A stretch of DNA of 63,566 bases, taken from IMG/VR virus record IMGVR_UViG_3300025832_000008, positions 1 through 63,566 of that record. One strand, written 5' to 3'. A program made the position numbers and the translations under genes. Shown here one piece after another: positions 15,792 through 27,135 of this stretch (position 1 is the first letter of the stretch; the number at the start of each line of letters is the position of its first letter). The notes beneath the pieces are model-generated. The model made no database searches. It was not told the origin of the DNA and worked only from the letters and a program-made list of their open reading frames with translations. The DNA is from a virus. Its lineage: Duplodnaviria; Caudoviricetes.

Positions 15792-16390
15792 TGCATAGTC
15801 TTTACGATTTTATAGTAAAACCAGTAGACGATCATAGATATAATAATAAGAAAGAAATAGCTGGTGTACAGTTTGTTACAAATACAAGTCTTGAGTCATT
15901 TAAGAATGTTAATAGACAAGGTGTTGTAATAGCTGTTCCAAAAGCATTTGATACACCAATAAAACCAGGAGATATAGTCATAATACATCATAATGTATTT
16001 AGAAGATTCTACGACGTTAGGGGTAAAGAAAAGAATAGTAGAAGTTATATGTTTGATGGAATGTATGCGGTATCATTAGATCAAATCTATGCATATCAAC
16101 CATTGTCTACAACTGATTGGCAAACCTTTAATGATTATTGCTTTGTTCAACCTGTTAAATCAACAGATGAATCAAGTACTAGTAAAGAAAAGGAACTACA
16201 CGGTATACTTAGATATACTAATAAGAAATTGAATATCGAAAAAGGAGAAACAGTATGCTTCACCCCTGACTCTGAATTTGAGTTTGTGTTTAACGATATG
16301 CTTTTATATTGTATGAAATTAAATAATATTGTTTTGAGTTATGGAATCAGAGAAGGAGACGAAGAATATAATCCAAGCTGGACGAGATAA
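15791..16390 (+). CDS. GroES-like (tandem Cpn10-like) protein
   Basis: FIVKP...G.V.AVP...IKPGD.V..HH in the N-half and FVQPV...G.LRY...G..V.F in the C-half. Confidence 0.5.
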   Translation: MHSLYDFIVKPVDDHRYNNKKEIAGVQFVTNTSLESFKNVNRQGVVIAVPKAFDTPIKPGDIVIIHHNVFRRFYDVRGKEKNSRSYMFDGMYAVSLDQIYAYQPLSTTDWQTFNDYCFVQPVKSTDESSTSKEKELHGILRYTNKKLNIEKGETVCFTPDSEFEFVFNDMLLYCMKLNNIVLSYGIREGDEEYNPSWTR

Positions 16391-16715
16391 GTCTAAGGAA
16401 ACTAGGATAAGAATAATAAGCGCTGGCAGAGCAGCTGTGAACGAGTTAATTAAAGTTGCTGAAGAACCAATACTTGGTGCTAAGGGAACAATGATTGTTG
16501 ACGGTGAAGATATACCAATGAATAGTGAAGAACTCTCTGCTGATAAACTAAAGAATGCTGCTGCAACTAAGAAGCTATCAATATTTGATGCATTCGAAAT
16601 ACTTAAGAGAATAGAGGAAGAAGAAGAACTACTTAGCGACGATCCAAAAACTAAAGAAGAAGAAAAAACATCTTCATTTGGTGGTTTTGCAGAAAAGCAC
16701 GCTAAGAAAAAGTAA
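16341..16715 (+). CDS. terS: Putative terminase small subunit
   Basis: Directly upstream of and coupled to TerL; LKNAAATKKL.IFDAFEIL.RI motif. Confidence 0.6.
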   Translation: MESEKETKNIIQAGRDKSKETRIRIISAGRAAVNELIKVAEEPILGAKGTMIVDGEDIPMNSEELSADKLKNAAATKKLSIFDAFEILKRIEEEEELLSDDPKTKEEEKTSSFGGFAEKHAKKK

Positions 16716-18940
16716 TGTACGAGCAGACATTATATAAAGTAATCACGCCATTAAAAAAGGCTAAGATTGATAGAAACAACCGTTATAAGAAATGGGAGTA
16801 TGGTTACAATGCTGAATTTGATATTGTCATAATAAGCAAGACCGGTGAGATAGACGAGATACTTGATATACAAGGTTTAAAAATTGCTCTACCAAAAGCT
16901 CCTAAGAAAGTAATAGCTAGGTCTTCAATTAATAAAGAACAGTATTGGGAGAGACTAGAAAAGCCAAAGGAATTAGATAAGATAAAAAGCATATTTGACT
17001 GGAGAAGAACACCAGACACGTTTAAAGCAAAGTATCATGAATACATTGATATAGAGTTTGAAAGAAGAGAAGATGGTTTCTGGTTTAAGAATAATGGATT
17101 AGATACATACGTAACAGGTTCTCACTACATGTACTTACAGTGGGCAAAGATCGATGTTGGTGAAGCTCAATTTAGAGAGTCAAATAGATTGTTCTTTATT
17201 TTCTGGGAGGCATGTAAAGCAGATCATAGATCATATGGAATTTGCTACTTAAAGAATAGACGTTCTGGTTTTTCATTTATGGGATCAAGTGAAACTGTTA
17301 ACTTAGCTACTACTTCAAGTGATAAGAGATTTGGTATCCTTTCTAAAACTGGACCAGATGCTAAAAAGCTTTTCACGGATAAAGTTGTACCAATATCAAT
17401 TAATTATCCATTCTTTTTCTCACCTATCCAAGATGGTATGGATAGACCAAAAACAGAACTAGCTTATAGAGTACCAGCATCTAAGTTAACTAGGAAGAAG
17501 ATTGATTCAGAAGATGAACTAGAGGACTTAGAAGGATTAGATACAAGTATTGACTGGAAGAATACATCAGACAACTCTTATGATGGTGAGAAGTTAATGA
17601 TGCTTCTACATGATGAATCTGGAAAATGGGAAAGACCTGAAAATATTTTAAACAATTGGCGTGTTACTAAAACGTGCCTTAGATTAGGTAGTAGAATTAT
17701 TGGCAAGTGTATGATGGGTTCAACATCAAACTCTTTAGACAAAGGTGGTAGCAACTTTAAAACGCTTTATTACCAGTCAGATGTAAACGATAGAAACAAG
17801 AACGGTCAAACTAAATCTGGTTTATATAGTTTATTTATACCTATGGAATGGAACTATGAAGGTTACATTGATAGGTATGGTATGCCAGTATTTGATACAC
17901 CAGATGAACCAATAGATGGTTTTTATGGTGAAAAAATAAGCATGGGTGTTATAGAGTTCTGGGAGAATGAAGCAGAAGGTTTAAGAGATAATCAAGATTC
18001 ATTAAACGAACACTACAGACAATTCCCAAGAACTGAGGAACATGCATTTAGGGATGAGGCAAAGAGCTCACTATATAATCTACAAAGACTGTATGAGCAA
18101 ATAGATTATAATCAAGATCTAGAAGCTCACGGTACATTAACTAGAGGCAGTTTCAGTTGGGAGAATGGCATAGAAGACACTAGGGTAATATTTGCACCAA
18201 ATAAAAATGGTAGGTTTTTAATATCATGGACACCACCACCTGAGCTTCAAAATAGGATTATAATTAAGAATGGTATTAAGTATCCTGGAAATGAACATGT
18301 AGGTGCTTTTGGATGTGACCCTTATGATATATCTGGAACAGTTGATGGTAGAGGATCTAAAGGTTCACTGCATGGTAAGACTAAGTTCTCGATGGAAGAC
18401 GCACCACCTGAGCATTTCTTTTTAGAGTATATAGCTAGACCACAGACTGCTGAGATGTTCTTTGAAGATGTTTTAATGGCTATAGTGTTTTATGGTATGC
18501 CTATCTTAGCAGAAAATAATAAGCCTAGATTATTATACCATATAAAAAGAAGAGGTTATAGAGGATTTTCTATGAATCGCCCAGATAAGAGTTATAATAA
18601 GTTATCTATAACCGAGAGAGAGATTGGTGGTATACCAAATACAAGTCAAGATATTAAGCAAGCTCATGCTGCTGCTATTGAAACTTATATTGATAACTGC
18701 GTTGGTTTAATAGGTGAAGGAGAGTATGGAGATATGTACTTTAATAAAACTTTAAATGAGTGGGTTAAGTTTGATATGAATAATAGAACTAAATTTGACG
18801 CTGCTATTAGTTCTGGACTAGCTATCATGGCTTGTAATAAGAATCTATATGCGCCGGCAAATAAAATAGTTAGACAGAATATAAGTTTAGGCTTTAAAAA
18901 ATATGATAATACTGGTACTGAATCTAAGATCATACACTAA
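16715..18940 (+). CDS. terL: Terminase large subunit
   Basis: Walker A-like KNRRSGFS, Walker B LLHDESGK, GSTSN coupling motif, RNase H-like GCDPY and ILAENN. Confidence 0.92.
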   Translation: MYEQTLYKVITPLKKAKIDRNNRYKKWEYGYNAEFDIVIISKTGEIDEILDIQGLKIALPKAPKKVIARSSINKEQYWERLEKPKELDKIKSIFDWRRTPDTFKAKYHEYIDIEFERREDGFWFKNNGLDTYVTGSHYMYLQWAKIDVGEAQFRESNRLFFIFWEACKADHRSYGICYLKNRRSGFSFMGSSETVNLATTSSDKRFGILSKTGPDAKKLFTDKVVPISINYPFFFSPIQDGMDRPKTELAYRVPASKLTRKKIDSEDELEDLEGLDTSIDWKNTSDNSYDGEKLMMLLHDESGKWERPENILNNWRVTKTCLRLGSRIIGKCMMGSTSNSLDKGGSNFKTLYYQSDVNDRNKNGQTKSGLYSLFIPMEWNYEGYIDRYGMPVFDTPDEPIDGFYGEKISMGVIEFWENEAEGLRDNQDSLNEHYRQFPRTEEHAFRDEAKSSLYNLQRLYEQIDYNQDLEAHGTLTRGSFSWENGIEDTRVIFAPNKNGRFLISWTPPPELQNRIIIKNGIKYPGNEHVGAFGCDPYDISGTVDGRGSKGSLHGKTKFSMEDAPPEHFFLEYIARPQTAEMFFEDVLMAIVFYGMPILAENNKPRLLYHIKRRGYRGFSMNRPDKSYNKLSITEREIGGIPNTSQDIKQAHAAAIETYIDNCVGLIGEGEYGDMYFNKTLNEWVKFDMNNRTKFDAAISSGLAIMACNKNLYAPANKIVRQNISLGFKKYDNTGTESKIIH

Positions 18941-18949
18941 AATAGGATA

Positions 18950-21358
18950 ATGAAGAAAATAAATACAAACCCAAATACCGCATTCCCTGACCAAGTAGTT
19001 AGTGACCAGGAGAAAGCGTCTATTGAATATGGCTACCAAGTTGGAAGAGCTATAGAGGGTGAATGGTTTGGAACTGGTAGAACCCAGAATAGATTTATGT
19101 CTAATTGGAATAGTTTCCATAATTTAAGATTATACGCTAGAGGAGAACAACCAATGCAAAAGATTAAAGATGAATTATCTATAAATGGTGATTTATCTTA
19201 TTTAAATTTAAGTTGGAAGCCAGTTCCGGTTATATCTAAATTTGTTGACATTGTTGTAAATGGTATATCAGAAAAGTCATATGAAGTAAAAGCTTTCTCT
19301 CAAGATCCAGAATCAATAAAGAAAAGAACTAAGTACGCAGAGAACTTAATGCGTGATATGGCTGTAAAGGAAGAATTAGAATTTATACGCAATGCAACTG
19401 GTATGAATCTATTTAATTCTCCTTCTAATATAGATATTCCAGAAACAAAAGATGAGGTTGAATTGCATATGCAATTAGAATATAAACCATCTATAGAGAT
19501 AGCTGAAGAGGAGTTAATATCTAATACGTTTGAAAGAAACAGATATGATTTAACAAGAAGAAGAATAAACTACGATTTGGTTGTGTTAGGTATTGGCGCA
19601 GCTAAAACTGGTTGGAATAGATCTAATGGTATAACAACTGAATATTGTGATCCAGCTAAAATGGTTTGGTCATATACAGAAGATCCTAATTTCTTAGATT
19701 TATATTATGTTGGTGAAGTTAAGTTATTATACTTATCTGAAATAAAGAAATTATTTCCACACTTAACCGACAATGACTTAACAGAGATACAACAGTATCA
19801 AGGAAACAACCAGTATTTACAAAATTGGCAAGAGTACAATAGTGATACAATTGCTATTTTATTCTTTGAATACAAGACATATACAAACCAAGTTTTTAAA
19901 TTAAAAGTTGGTGGTAATGGTTTAGAAAAAGCATTAGAAAAAGACGATAGTTTTAATCCGCCAGAAAACGATACGTTTAAGAGAGTTTCTCGATCAATAG
20001 AGACATTGTATACAGGCGCTAAGATTGTTGGTTATGAGAAAATGCTAGAGTGGAAACTAGCAAGTAATATGACTAGACCAAAATCTGATACAACTAAGGT
20101 TAATATGAATTATGCCATATGTGCACCTAGAATGTACAAAGGAAGTATAGATTCAACGGTTAAGAGAGTAACTGGATTTGCTGACATGATTGATATTACA
20201 AATATCAAGATGCAACAAGTTTTATCTAAGTTAGTTCCTGATGGTGTTTTCCTTGATGTAGATGGATTAGCTGAGGTTGATCTAGGTAATGGTACAATAT
20301 ACAACCCAGCAGAAGCATTAAACATGTACTTCCAAACAGGTAGTATATTAGGTAGATCATTAACGCAAGAAGGTGACATGAATAGAGGTAAAGTTCCTAT
20401 TCAAGAGTTAAATTCTTCAAGCGGGCAGGCAAAGATACAGTCATTAATAGGTACATATCAATATTACTTACAAATGATTAGAGATGCTACAGGACTAAAT
20501 GAAGCTCGAGACGGTAGTCAACCAGCTGAAGATATGCTCGTAGGATTACAGAAGTTAGCCGCTAACGCATCTAATGTTGCAACGCGACACATATTACAGG
20601 CTAGTTTATTTGTAACCGTTAAACTGGCTGAGAACATCTCTCTTAGAATATCTGATTCAATAGAGTATCAATTAACTAACATGTCGTTACAAAAGGCTAT
20701 CAGTGCTTACAATGTAGGTACACTTAACGAGGTTAAAAATTTACACCTATACGATTTTGGTATATATTTGCGCTTAGAACCAGAGGAAGAAGATAAGGCA
20801 CAACTTGAAAAAGATATGCAGATAGCTTTGCAAGCTGGTGGTATTGATTTAGAAGACACTATAGATATTAGAGAGATAAAGAATATCAAGTTAGCTAATA
20901 GAGCTTTAAAGCAAAAAAGAAAGAAAAGAATAGAAAGAGAGAGAGAGCAGCAACAGAGTACGATTAAGTTAACGGCTGAAGAAAATGCTAAAGCATCTGA
21001 GAGAGCAGCTATGGCTGAACTTCAAAAGCAACAAGCTATAACAGCGGAAAAGATTGCTATTGAAACAGCAGCGTCGGGGCTTAGAATAAAAGAGATGTAC
21101 GAACAAGCTAATGTTAAGAAAGAATTGATGGGTATAGAGTTTAATTATAACCTTCAATTAAAGAATGGTGAAATTAAATCTAAAACTGAAGCAGATAGAA
21201 TTAAAGAAGATAGAAAAGATGGAAGAACAAAAATCCAAGCTACTCAACAGAGTGAGCTTATTGATCAAAGAAAAAATAACTCTTTACCGAAAAACTTTGA
21301 ATCAAGCGGTAATGATACTTTGGGAGGGTTTGGGTTAGAAGCTTTCGGACCTAAGTAG
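18950..21358 (+). CDS. Portal protein
   Basis: 802 aa after TerL; RLYARGEQ, IRD.TGLNEARDG and a C-terminal coiled coil typical of podovirus-type portals. Confidence 0.85.
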   Translation: MKKINTNPNTAFPDQVVSDQEKASIEYGYQVGRAIEGEWFGTGRTQNRFMSNWNSFHNLRLYARGEQPMQKIKDELSINGDLSYLNLSWKPVPVISKFVDIVVNGISEKSYEVKAFSQDPESIKKRTKYAENLMRDMAVKEELEFIRNATGMNLFNSPSNIDIPETKDEVELHMQLEYKPSIEIAEEELISNTFERNRYDLTRRRINYDLVVLGIGAAKTGWNRSNGITTEYCDPAKMVWSYTEDPNFLDLYYVGEVKLLYLSEIKKLFPHLTDNDLTEIQQYQGNNQYLQNWQEYNSDTIAILFFEYKTYTNQVFKLKVGGNGLEKALEKDDSFNPPENDTFKRVSRSIETLYTGAKIVGYEKMLEWKLASNMTRPKSDTTKVNMNYAICAPRMYKGSIDSTVKRVTGFADMIDITNIKMQQVLSKLVPDGVFLDVDGLAEVDLGNGTIYNPAEALNMYFQTGSILGRSLTQEGDMNRGKVPIQELNSSSGQAKIQSLIGTYQYYLQMIRDATGLNEARDGSQPAEDMLVGLQKLAANASNVATRHILQASLFVTVKLAENISLRISDSIEYQLTNMSLQKAISAYNVGTLNEVKNLHLYDFGIYLRLEPEEEDKAQLEKDMQIALQAGGIDLEDTIDIREIKNIKLANRALKQKRKKRIEREREQQQSTIKLTAEENAKASERAAMAELQKQQAITAEKIAIETAASGLRIKEMYEQANVKKELMGIEFNYNLQLKNGEIKSKTEADRIKEDRKDGRTKIQATQQSELIDQRKNNSLPKNFESSGNDTLGGFGLEAFGPK

Positions 21359-21390
21359 AATTTTTTTAACTAATTATATATTATATTATT

Positions 21391-22461
21391 ATGAGCGACA
21401 TTAAACTAGACCTTACTAAATTTCAAGAAAAAGAGGTTGATGACGATGGTAAGGTTATTGACAAACCTGTAATACCTGTAGAAGAACTAAGTGAACAACC
21501 AGTTGATGAAACAGTTGACGAAACGGTTGATAAAACAGTTGATGAACCAATCATGGTTGAGGTAACTGACGATTTAGTAGATACGCCAGTCGAAGAAACA
21601 ATTGATGAACCAGTTGATGAACCAATTGACGAGCATATTGAAAAAGAACATCTACCAGAGGGAGTAGACAGCTTAGTAAAATTTATAAAGGATACAGGTG
21701 GAACAGTGGAGGACTACGTTAGATTAAACGCAGACTACACTAACATTGATGAAAATACTCTTTTAAAGGAGTATTATAAAAAGACTAGATCACATCTTGA
21801 TAATGATGAGGTCGATTTCTTAATTGAAGAGAATTTTTCATACGACGAAGATTTAGATGAGTCTCGTGATATTAAGAAAAAGAAATTAGCGAAGAAAGAA
21901 GAGATTGCGAAAGCTCGAAAATTTCTAGATACTTTAAAAACGGAGTATTATAAGGAGATTAAAACGAGGCCAACAGTCACTAACGAGCAGAAAAAAGCCG
22001 TTGAATTCTTTGATCGCTATAGTAAGAACGAAGAGCAGAGGCTTAAAGACAATAAAAGTTTCTCAGAGCGTACCAAGAAAATGTTCACTGAAGATTTCAA
22101 AGGTTTTGATTTCGATTTAGGTGAAAAGAAATTTAGGTACGGTATCAAAGAGCCACAAAAAGTCGCAGAGAACCAATCTGAAATTAACAACGTGTTAAGA
22201 AAGTTTCTTGACAAAGACGGAAAAGTTAATGACATGAAAGGTTATCACAAAGCCTTGTATGCAGCAACAAACGCTGATACTATTGCTAACCACTTTTACG
22301 AACAGGGTAAGGCTGATGCTATTAAGGATGTTGCAAAGAAATCAAAAAACATTCAAGATGGACAAAGGAACTCACCTGAGAGTTTAACGGTTGGTGGTTT
22401 TAAAGTAAAGGTTGTTGATGGTGTAGACAGCTCTAAATTGAAAATTAAAACACGTATTTAA
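21391..22461 (+). CDS. Putative capsid scaffolding protein
   Basis: Acidic VDE/IDE repeats; helical; lies between portal and capsid genes. Confidence 0.7.
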   Translation: MSDIKLDLTKFQEKEVDDDGKVIDKPVIPVEELSEQPVDETVDETVDKTVDEPIMVEVTDDLVDTPVEETIDEPVDEPIDEHIEKEHLPEGVDSLVKFIKDTGGTVEDYVRLNADYTNIDENTLLKEYYKKTRSHLDNDEVDFLIEENFSYDEDLDESRDIKKKKLAKKEEIAKARKFLDTLKTEYYKEIKTRPTVTNEQKKAVEFFDRYSKNEEQRLKDNKSFSERTKKMFTEDFKGFDFDLGEKKFRYGIKEPQKVAENQSEINNVLRKFLDKDGKVNDMKGYHKALYAATNADTIANHFYEQGKADAIKDVAKKSKNIQDGQRNSPESLTVGGFKVKVVDGVDSSKLKIKTRI

Positions 22462-22480
22462 CGCATAAAAAACAAAAATT

Positions 22481-23893
22481 ATGGCATTAACACCAGCGGA
22501 TTATTCATTAATCCCTACTCAGCGAAAAACGTTGAGCGACGCGAACTGGATTGACTTCACATCAGGTGCAGGCAATGACTTTTCGCAACAATTCTTACCA
22601 GAAATCTATGAAGCAGAAGCTGAGAGATATGGTAATCGTACAGTATCTGGATTCCTTCGTATGGTTGGAGCAGAACTTCCTATGACTTCTGATCAAGTTG
22701 TTTGGTCTGAGCAAAACCGTTTGCATGTAGCTTATAAAGACAGCGCAACGGCTAACCAAGAGGTTGATCTTACTGGAGTAGCCGTGATGGGAGGTTCTAC
22801 TATCACACTTGGTACTGATTTGATTAACGTAGTTCGTGTTGGAGCAACGGTAGTTGTGGCTGACGCAGCAACAGGGCTTGTCACTGCGAAGTGTTACGTC
22901 AACGCTGTATCTGGTCAAACAATCACAGTTCAACCTTACGGAGCTGCTACTATGTCAGCTGCTGGATTTTCTGACGCGCCAGTTAACCTATTCGTATATG
23001 GCTCTGAATTTGCTAAAGGAACTGACACAATGGCTGGATCTGTATATCCTTCATTTACTCAGTTTAGCAATAAGCCAGTAATCATTAAAGATCACTATGA
23101 AGTATCAGGTTCTGATACAGCTCAGATTGGTTGGGTTGAAGTTACTGACGAAGGCGGAACATCAGGTTACCTATGGTACTTGAAAGGTGAAGGTGAAACT
23201 CGTCTACGATTCCAAGATTATCTTGAGATGACAGTTGTAGAAGGTGAGTTGAACTCTAACGCCAACTTGACAACTACAGGTATTGAAGGAACACAAGGTC
23301 TTTTCTCTGCTGTAGAATCAAGAGGTAACGTATTTACTAACTTTGCAGGTTCTACTGGAATAGCTGATTTTGATGCAATCCTTAAGCGATTGGACAAAGA
23401 AGGAGCTATTGAAGAGAATATGTTGTTCAACAATAGAGAGTTAACTCTTGAGTTTGATAATATGTTAGGCATTGTAAACGCTGCTTACTCAGGTGGTAGT
23501 TCTTACGGAGTATTTGAAAACAGCGAGGAAATGGCATTGAACTTAGGTTTTGCAGGTTTCCGTAGAGGTTCTTATGATTTCTACAAGTCTGATTGGAAAT
23601 ACTTAAATGATGCATCTACTCGTGGATCAATTGGTGATATTGAAGGTATCTTGATACCAGCAGGAACAACCACTGTATACGATCAAATGCTTGGAACTAA
23701 TATCCGTAGACCATTCTTACATACTCGTTACCGAGCTTCTGAAGCCGATGACAGAAGAATTAAGACTTGGTTGGTAGGATCTGTTGGAGGTCGACCTACT
23801 AATGGTTTTGACAATATGGAAGTTAACTTCTTGTCAGAGCGTTGTTTGGTTACTCAAGCGGCTAACAACTTTGTGTTGTTTAAGGCAGCTTAA
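22481..23893 (+). CDS. Major capsid protein
   Basis: Position, size, codon usage typical of high expression and a strong downstream terminator. Confidence 0.85.
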   Translation: MALTPADYSLIPTQRKTLSDANWIDFTSGAGNDFSQQFLPEIYEAEAERYGNRTVSGFLRMVGAELPMTSDQVVWSEQNRLHVAYKDSATANQEVDLTGVAVMGGSTITLGTDLINVVRVGATVVVADAATGLVTAKCYVNAVSGQTITVQPYGAATMSAAGFSDAPVNLFVYGSEFAKGTDTMAGSVYPSFTQFSNKPVIIKDHYEVSGSDTAQIGWVEVTDEGGTSGYLWYLKGEGETRLRFQDYLEMTVVEGELNSNANLTTTGIEGTQGLFSAVESRGNVFTNFAGSTGIADFDAILKRLDKEGAIEENMLFNNRELTLEFDNMLGIVNAAYSGGSSYGVFENSEEMALNLGFAGFRRGSYDFYKSDWKYLNDASTRGSIGDIEGILIPAGTTTVYDQMLGTNIRRPFLHTRYRASEADDRRIKTWLVGSVGGRPTNGFDNMEVNFLSERCLVTQAANNFVLFKAA

Positions 23894-23911
23894 TTATTAT
23901 TTTTTAATAAA

Positions 23912-23950
23912 TAACTTGAGGTCGCAATCTTGTGGCCTCAAGTTGTTTTA
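23912..23950 (+). terminator. Intrinsic terminator after the capsid gene
   Basis: AACTTGAGGTCGCAA-TC-TTGTGGCCTCAAGTT followed by GTTTT. Confidence 0.85.
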
Positions 23951-23981
23951 ACTATTTATTTATTTATTATTATATTTTATC

Positions 23982-24857
23982 ATGGAGAAAAAAAGAACAA
24001 GTGCAACAACAAAGCCAGCGCCTACTAAAGCAGTAGAAAAAGAAACGGTTATAGAACAACCAGAACCTTTTAATGAATCACCAGTTGAAGATACTGTAGT
24101 TCATAGTAAAGACCCAGAGGCTGGATGGGAGGTCAAAGATCGTTCATATTACTTAATTGGCGATAAAAGCCCTATTAGTTATACATTACCTAGTAGACAC
24201 ACCACTAGGAAATCTTTATTGTACTATAATGAGGATACGAACGAACAAAAAGAAATTAGGTATGCTAGTAATCAAAAATCACCTTTTGCTGAAGACCAAG
24301 TAGGTCAAGTGACATTAGAACACATAGTTTTTGAAGGTGGCGCGATGAGTGTACCAAAGTCTAAACAAGCATTACAGAAACTAATGTCTTTATATCATCC
24401 ACTTTTAAACAAGATATATAGAGAACATGATCCAGTTGAAAATGCTGAAGATGATATGGATATTCTTGATATGGAATTTGAAGCGATGTCAGCAGCTAGA
24501 GAAATGGATATTGATTATGCAGAAGCTATAATGAGAGTAGAGATTGGGTCTAAGGTTAATAAGATGAGCTCTAAGGAAATTAAAAGAGACTTATTACTGT
24601 TAGCACGAAGAGATGCAAGATTGTTTTTAGCGTTAGCTAATGACGATAATGTTCAACTTAGAAATGTAGCAATTAGAGCTACTGAAGTCGGTATAATTAA
24701 GCTATCACAAGACCAACGTACATTTACATGGGCTAGTAATGGTAGAAAATTAATTACCGTTCCTTTTGATGAACATCCTTATTCTGCAATGGCAGCATAT
24801 TTTAAGACAGATGAAGGTATGGAAGTATTCTCCTCTATTGAGAAGAAACTTACATAA
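23982..24857 (+). CDS. Hypothetical protein (post-capsid conserved gene)
   Basis: ORF in the structural module. Confidence 0.85.
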   Translation: MEKKRTSATTKPAPTKAVEKETVIEQPEPFNESPVEDTVVHSKDPEAGWEVKDRSYYLIGDKSPISYTLPSRHTTRKSLLYYNEDTNEQKEIRYASNQKSPFAEDQVGQVTLEHIVFEGGAMSVPKSKQALQKLMSLYHPLLNKIYREHDPVENAEDDMDILDMEFEAMSAAREMDIDYAEAIMRVEIGSKVNKMSSKEIKRDLLLLARRDARLFLALANDDNVQLRNVAIRATEVGIIKLSQDQRTFTWASNGRKLITVPFDEHPYSAMAAYFKTDEGMEVFSSIEKKLT

Positions 24858-24873
24858 TATGTGATTATACTTT

Positions 24874-24910
24874 ATAGGGTAGGTTACCGATTTGGTGACC
24901 TACCTCTATA
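24874..24910 (+). terminator. Hairpin, possible terminator
   Basis: TATAGGGTAGGTTACC-GATTT-GGTGACCTACCTCTATA. Confidence 0.55.
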
Positions 24911-24927
24911 ATTAACAAAATACTAAA

Positions 24928-25944
24928 ATGGCAGTAAGCGTTGATAAGGTTTATAAAACTGTATTACTAATAATGAATAAAGAGCAGAGAGGCTCAGCTA
25001 CGCCAGATGAAATGGCAAAAGTTGGTACTCTTGTTCAGCGTGAAATATTCGAAGGTTATGTAGAAGATCTTAACCAATTAGTACGTGTTCCACAAACAGA
25101 TACTGACTATGCTGACCGTGTAGCTAACATAGATGAAAAGCTAGCCGAATTTAAAAGATTTGATAGCGCTACATACGATAACGCTACAACACCACTAACA
25201 CCTTACTTCACTTTACCAGCAAATCTTTATAGGCTAGGCGTAGCACATTATACTGGTAATAACAGTATGATAAAAGAATTACAAAGACTACAGCGTGGTG
25301 AATTTTACAATATACAAAGATCTAAACTAACAGCTTCTACAAAGCAATTTCCAACGTGTTTATACGAAAACGATAAACTATACGTATCACCTAGCAGTAT
25401 ACAATCATCAGTAGGAGTTGATTACCTTAAAAAACCAGATGATGTTCGTTGGGGATATAGTAAAGGTTCACTTGGTCAATTCATCAACGATCCAACAGTT
25501 TACGGTGCTGACCTAATAAACACAGGAGAAGGTACATTAACATCTAGTTTAACAACTTTAACAGATGGTATACCAGGCACATACACAGCGCCAGTTATTA
25601 CCACAAGTGGTTCTGGTACTGGATTAGTTTTATCAGTTGATGTAACATCTACAACAAACGCCTCCGTTACAGTCACAACAGCTGGAACTGGTTACGCGGT
25701 AGGTGATACAGTAAACTTTGCTGGTGGAGTAATATCAACAAGTCCAGCCGTTATAACGCTACAGTCTAGCGATTTTAATGCAAACAGCACATACGGTACA
25801 ACTAACTTTGAATTACATACTTCAGAGCAAACGGATATTATACTAAGAGTATTAATGTACTTTGGAATAATCATACGTGATCCTCAGATAATTCAAGGCG
25901 CAACGCAGCAAATACAACAAGACGAAATAAACGAAAAAAGATAA
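24928..25944 (+). CDS. Putative head-tail adaptor / tail ring protein
   Basis: Position; NKEQRG, YL.KP.D..WGY and FELH.SE motifs; carries an inserted beta module. Confidence 0.65.
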   Translation: MAVSVDKVYKTVLLIMNKEQRGSATPDEMAKVGTLVQREIFEGYVEDLNQLVRVPQTDTDYADRVANIDEKLAEFKRFDSATYDNATTPLTPYFTLPANLYRLGVAHYTGNNSMIKELQRLQRGEFYNIQRSKLTASTKQFPTCLYENDKLYVSPSSIQSSVGVDYLKKPDDVRWGYSKGSLGQFINDPTVYGADLINTGEGTLTSSLTTLTDGIPGTYTAPVITTSGSGTGLVLSVDVTSTTNASVTVTTAGTGYAVGDTVNFAGGVISTSPAVITLQSSDFNANSTYGTTNFELHTSEQTDIILRVLMYFGIIIRDPQIIQGATQQIQQDEINEKR

Positions 25945-25947
25945 TAG

Positions 25948-27132
25948 ATGCAAATTCCAGGAACAGGTTTAATAAGCGAGACTAACGAGGAATACTACGT
26001 TGGTCAAAAAGTATTTTCACTAACCGCTAGCCCTGTAAGTGAGTTTACAACTACGTTTAATACTGACCTAACAGACACTGTACCAGGTGAATACCCAAAT
26101 AATTACTATCTACAAACTAGTAGTGACTTAGGTGTTACATGGGTAACCGTTAGCTCTGAGGTTAAAACAGGGTCAACAAAAATAATCGTTAGTGGCACTA
26201 ACGCTGTTCCTGTTCCACTTGATAACACCGGCACAGTAGATTTTGTTAGAGTTGTTTTATTTGAAACAGCGGCACAGAATAATTATGGTGGTTATGAGTA
26301 CATAAAATTAGATGACATTGTAACTAACTTCTTAATTGCTTACGTTGGCGCTGGTAAACTCGTACCAAACGTTAAGAGAACAGATGTATTGTTCTTTGCC
26401 AAAAGAGGTTTACAGGAATTTAGTTATGATACTATAAATAGCATAAAATCTTTAGAATACATTGTATCACCAAGTTTAAGTGTTCCATTACCACAGGACT
26501 TTGTTAGTCACGTTCAAACATCTTATACTGATTCAGCTGGTATCAAGCATATTATATACCAAGCAAATCAACTAACTGTAAATCCTTCATCAACTCCACA
26601 ACAAGATCTCTCAGGTCAGTTTGTACAAGATGATTATGGAAAAAATATAGAAGATTCTTCTAGAACTGAAACAAATTGGAAAGAAAATAATCCAAGTAGC
26701 GTAACGGGTATATTTAACGATATAAGTCCAGACTATAACTACTGGGGTTATAATCAAATTAATAGAGGAGAGAGATACGGTGGTAGCCCTGAGTTCATGC
26801 AACAAAATGGTTGGTTTACAATCAATAAAAGAACTAATTGCTTCAACTTCTCAAATGATTTAGCTCAAGCTAACATCGTTACAGAATACGTTACTGATGG
26901 ATTAGCTTACGACGAAGACACACGTGTGCCTAAGATGGCCGAAGAAGCCATGTATGCGCATATATTATATATGATAATTTCGACGCGATCTGGACAGCCT
27001 GAGTATGTTGTACAAAGATTGAAAAAAGATAGATCAGCTAAACTACGTAATGCTAAAATAAGATTATCGCCAATAGGTATAGCAGAACTTACTAGAATAA
27101 TGAGAGGGAAATCTAAATGGATTAAACACTAA
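25948..27132 (+). CDS. Putative tail tubular / ring protein
   Basis: AKRGLQEFSYD, LPQDFV, EY..DGL and AKLRNAKIRL motifs; structural module. Confidence 0.65.
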   Translation: MQIPGTGLISETNEEYYVGQKVFSLTASPVSEFTTTFNTDLTDTVPGEYPNNYYLQTSSDLGVTWVTVSSEVKTGSTKIIVSGTNAVPVPLDNTGTVDFVRVVLFETAAQNNYGGYEYIKLDDIVTNFLIAYVGAGKLVPNVKRTDVLFFAKRGLQEFSYDTINSIKSLEYIVSPSLSVPLPQDFVSHVQTSYTDSAGIKHIIYQANQLTVNPSSTPQQDLSGQFVQDDYGKNIEDSSRTETNWKENNPSSVTGIFNDISPDYNYWGYNQINRGERYGGSPEFMQQNGWFTINKRTNCFNFSNDLAQANIVTEYVTDGLAYDEDTRVPKMAEEAMYAHILYMIISTRSGQPEYVVQRLKKDRSAKLRNAKIRLSPIGIAELTRIMRGKSKWIKH

Positions 27133-27135
27133 AAC

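Noticed and set aside
21500-21640. VDE/IDE repeats in the scaffold gene as a functional DNA repeat
   Set aside because: Explained by a low-complexity acidic protein linker.
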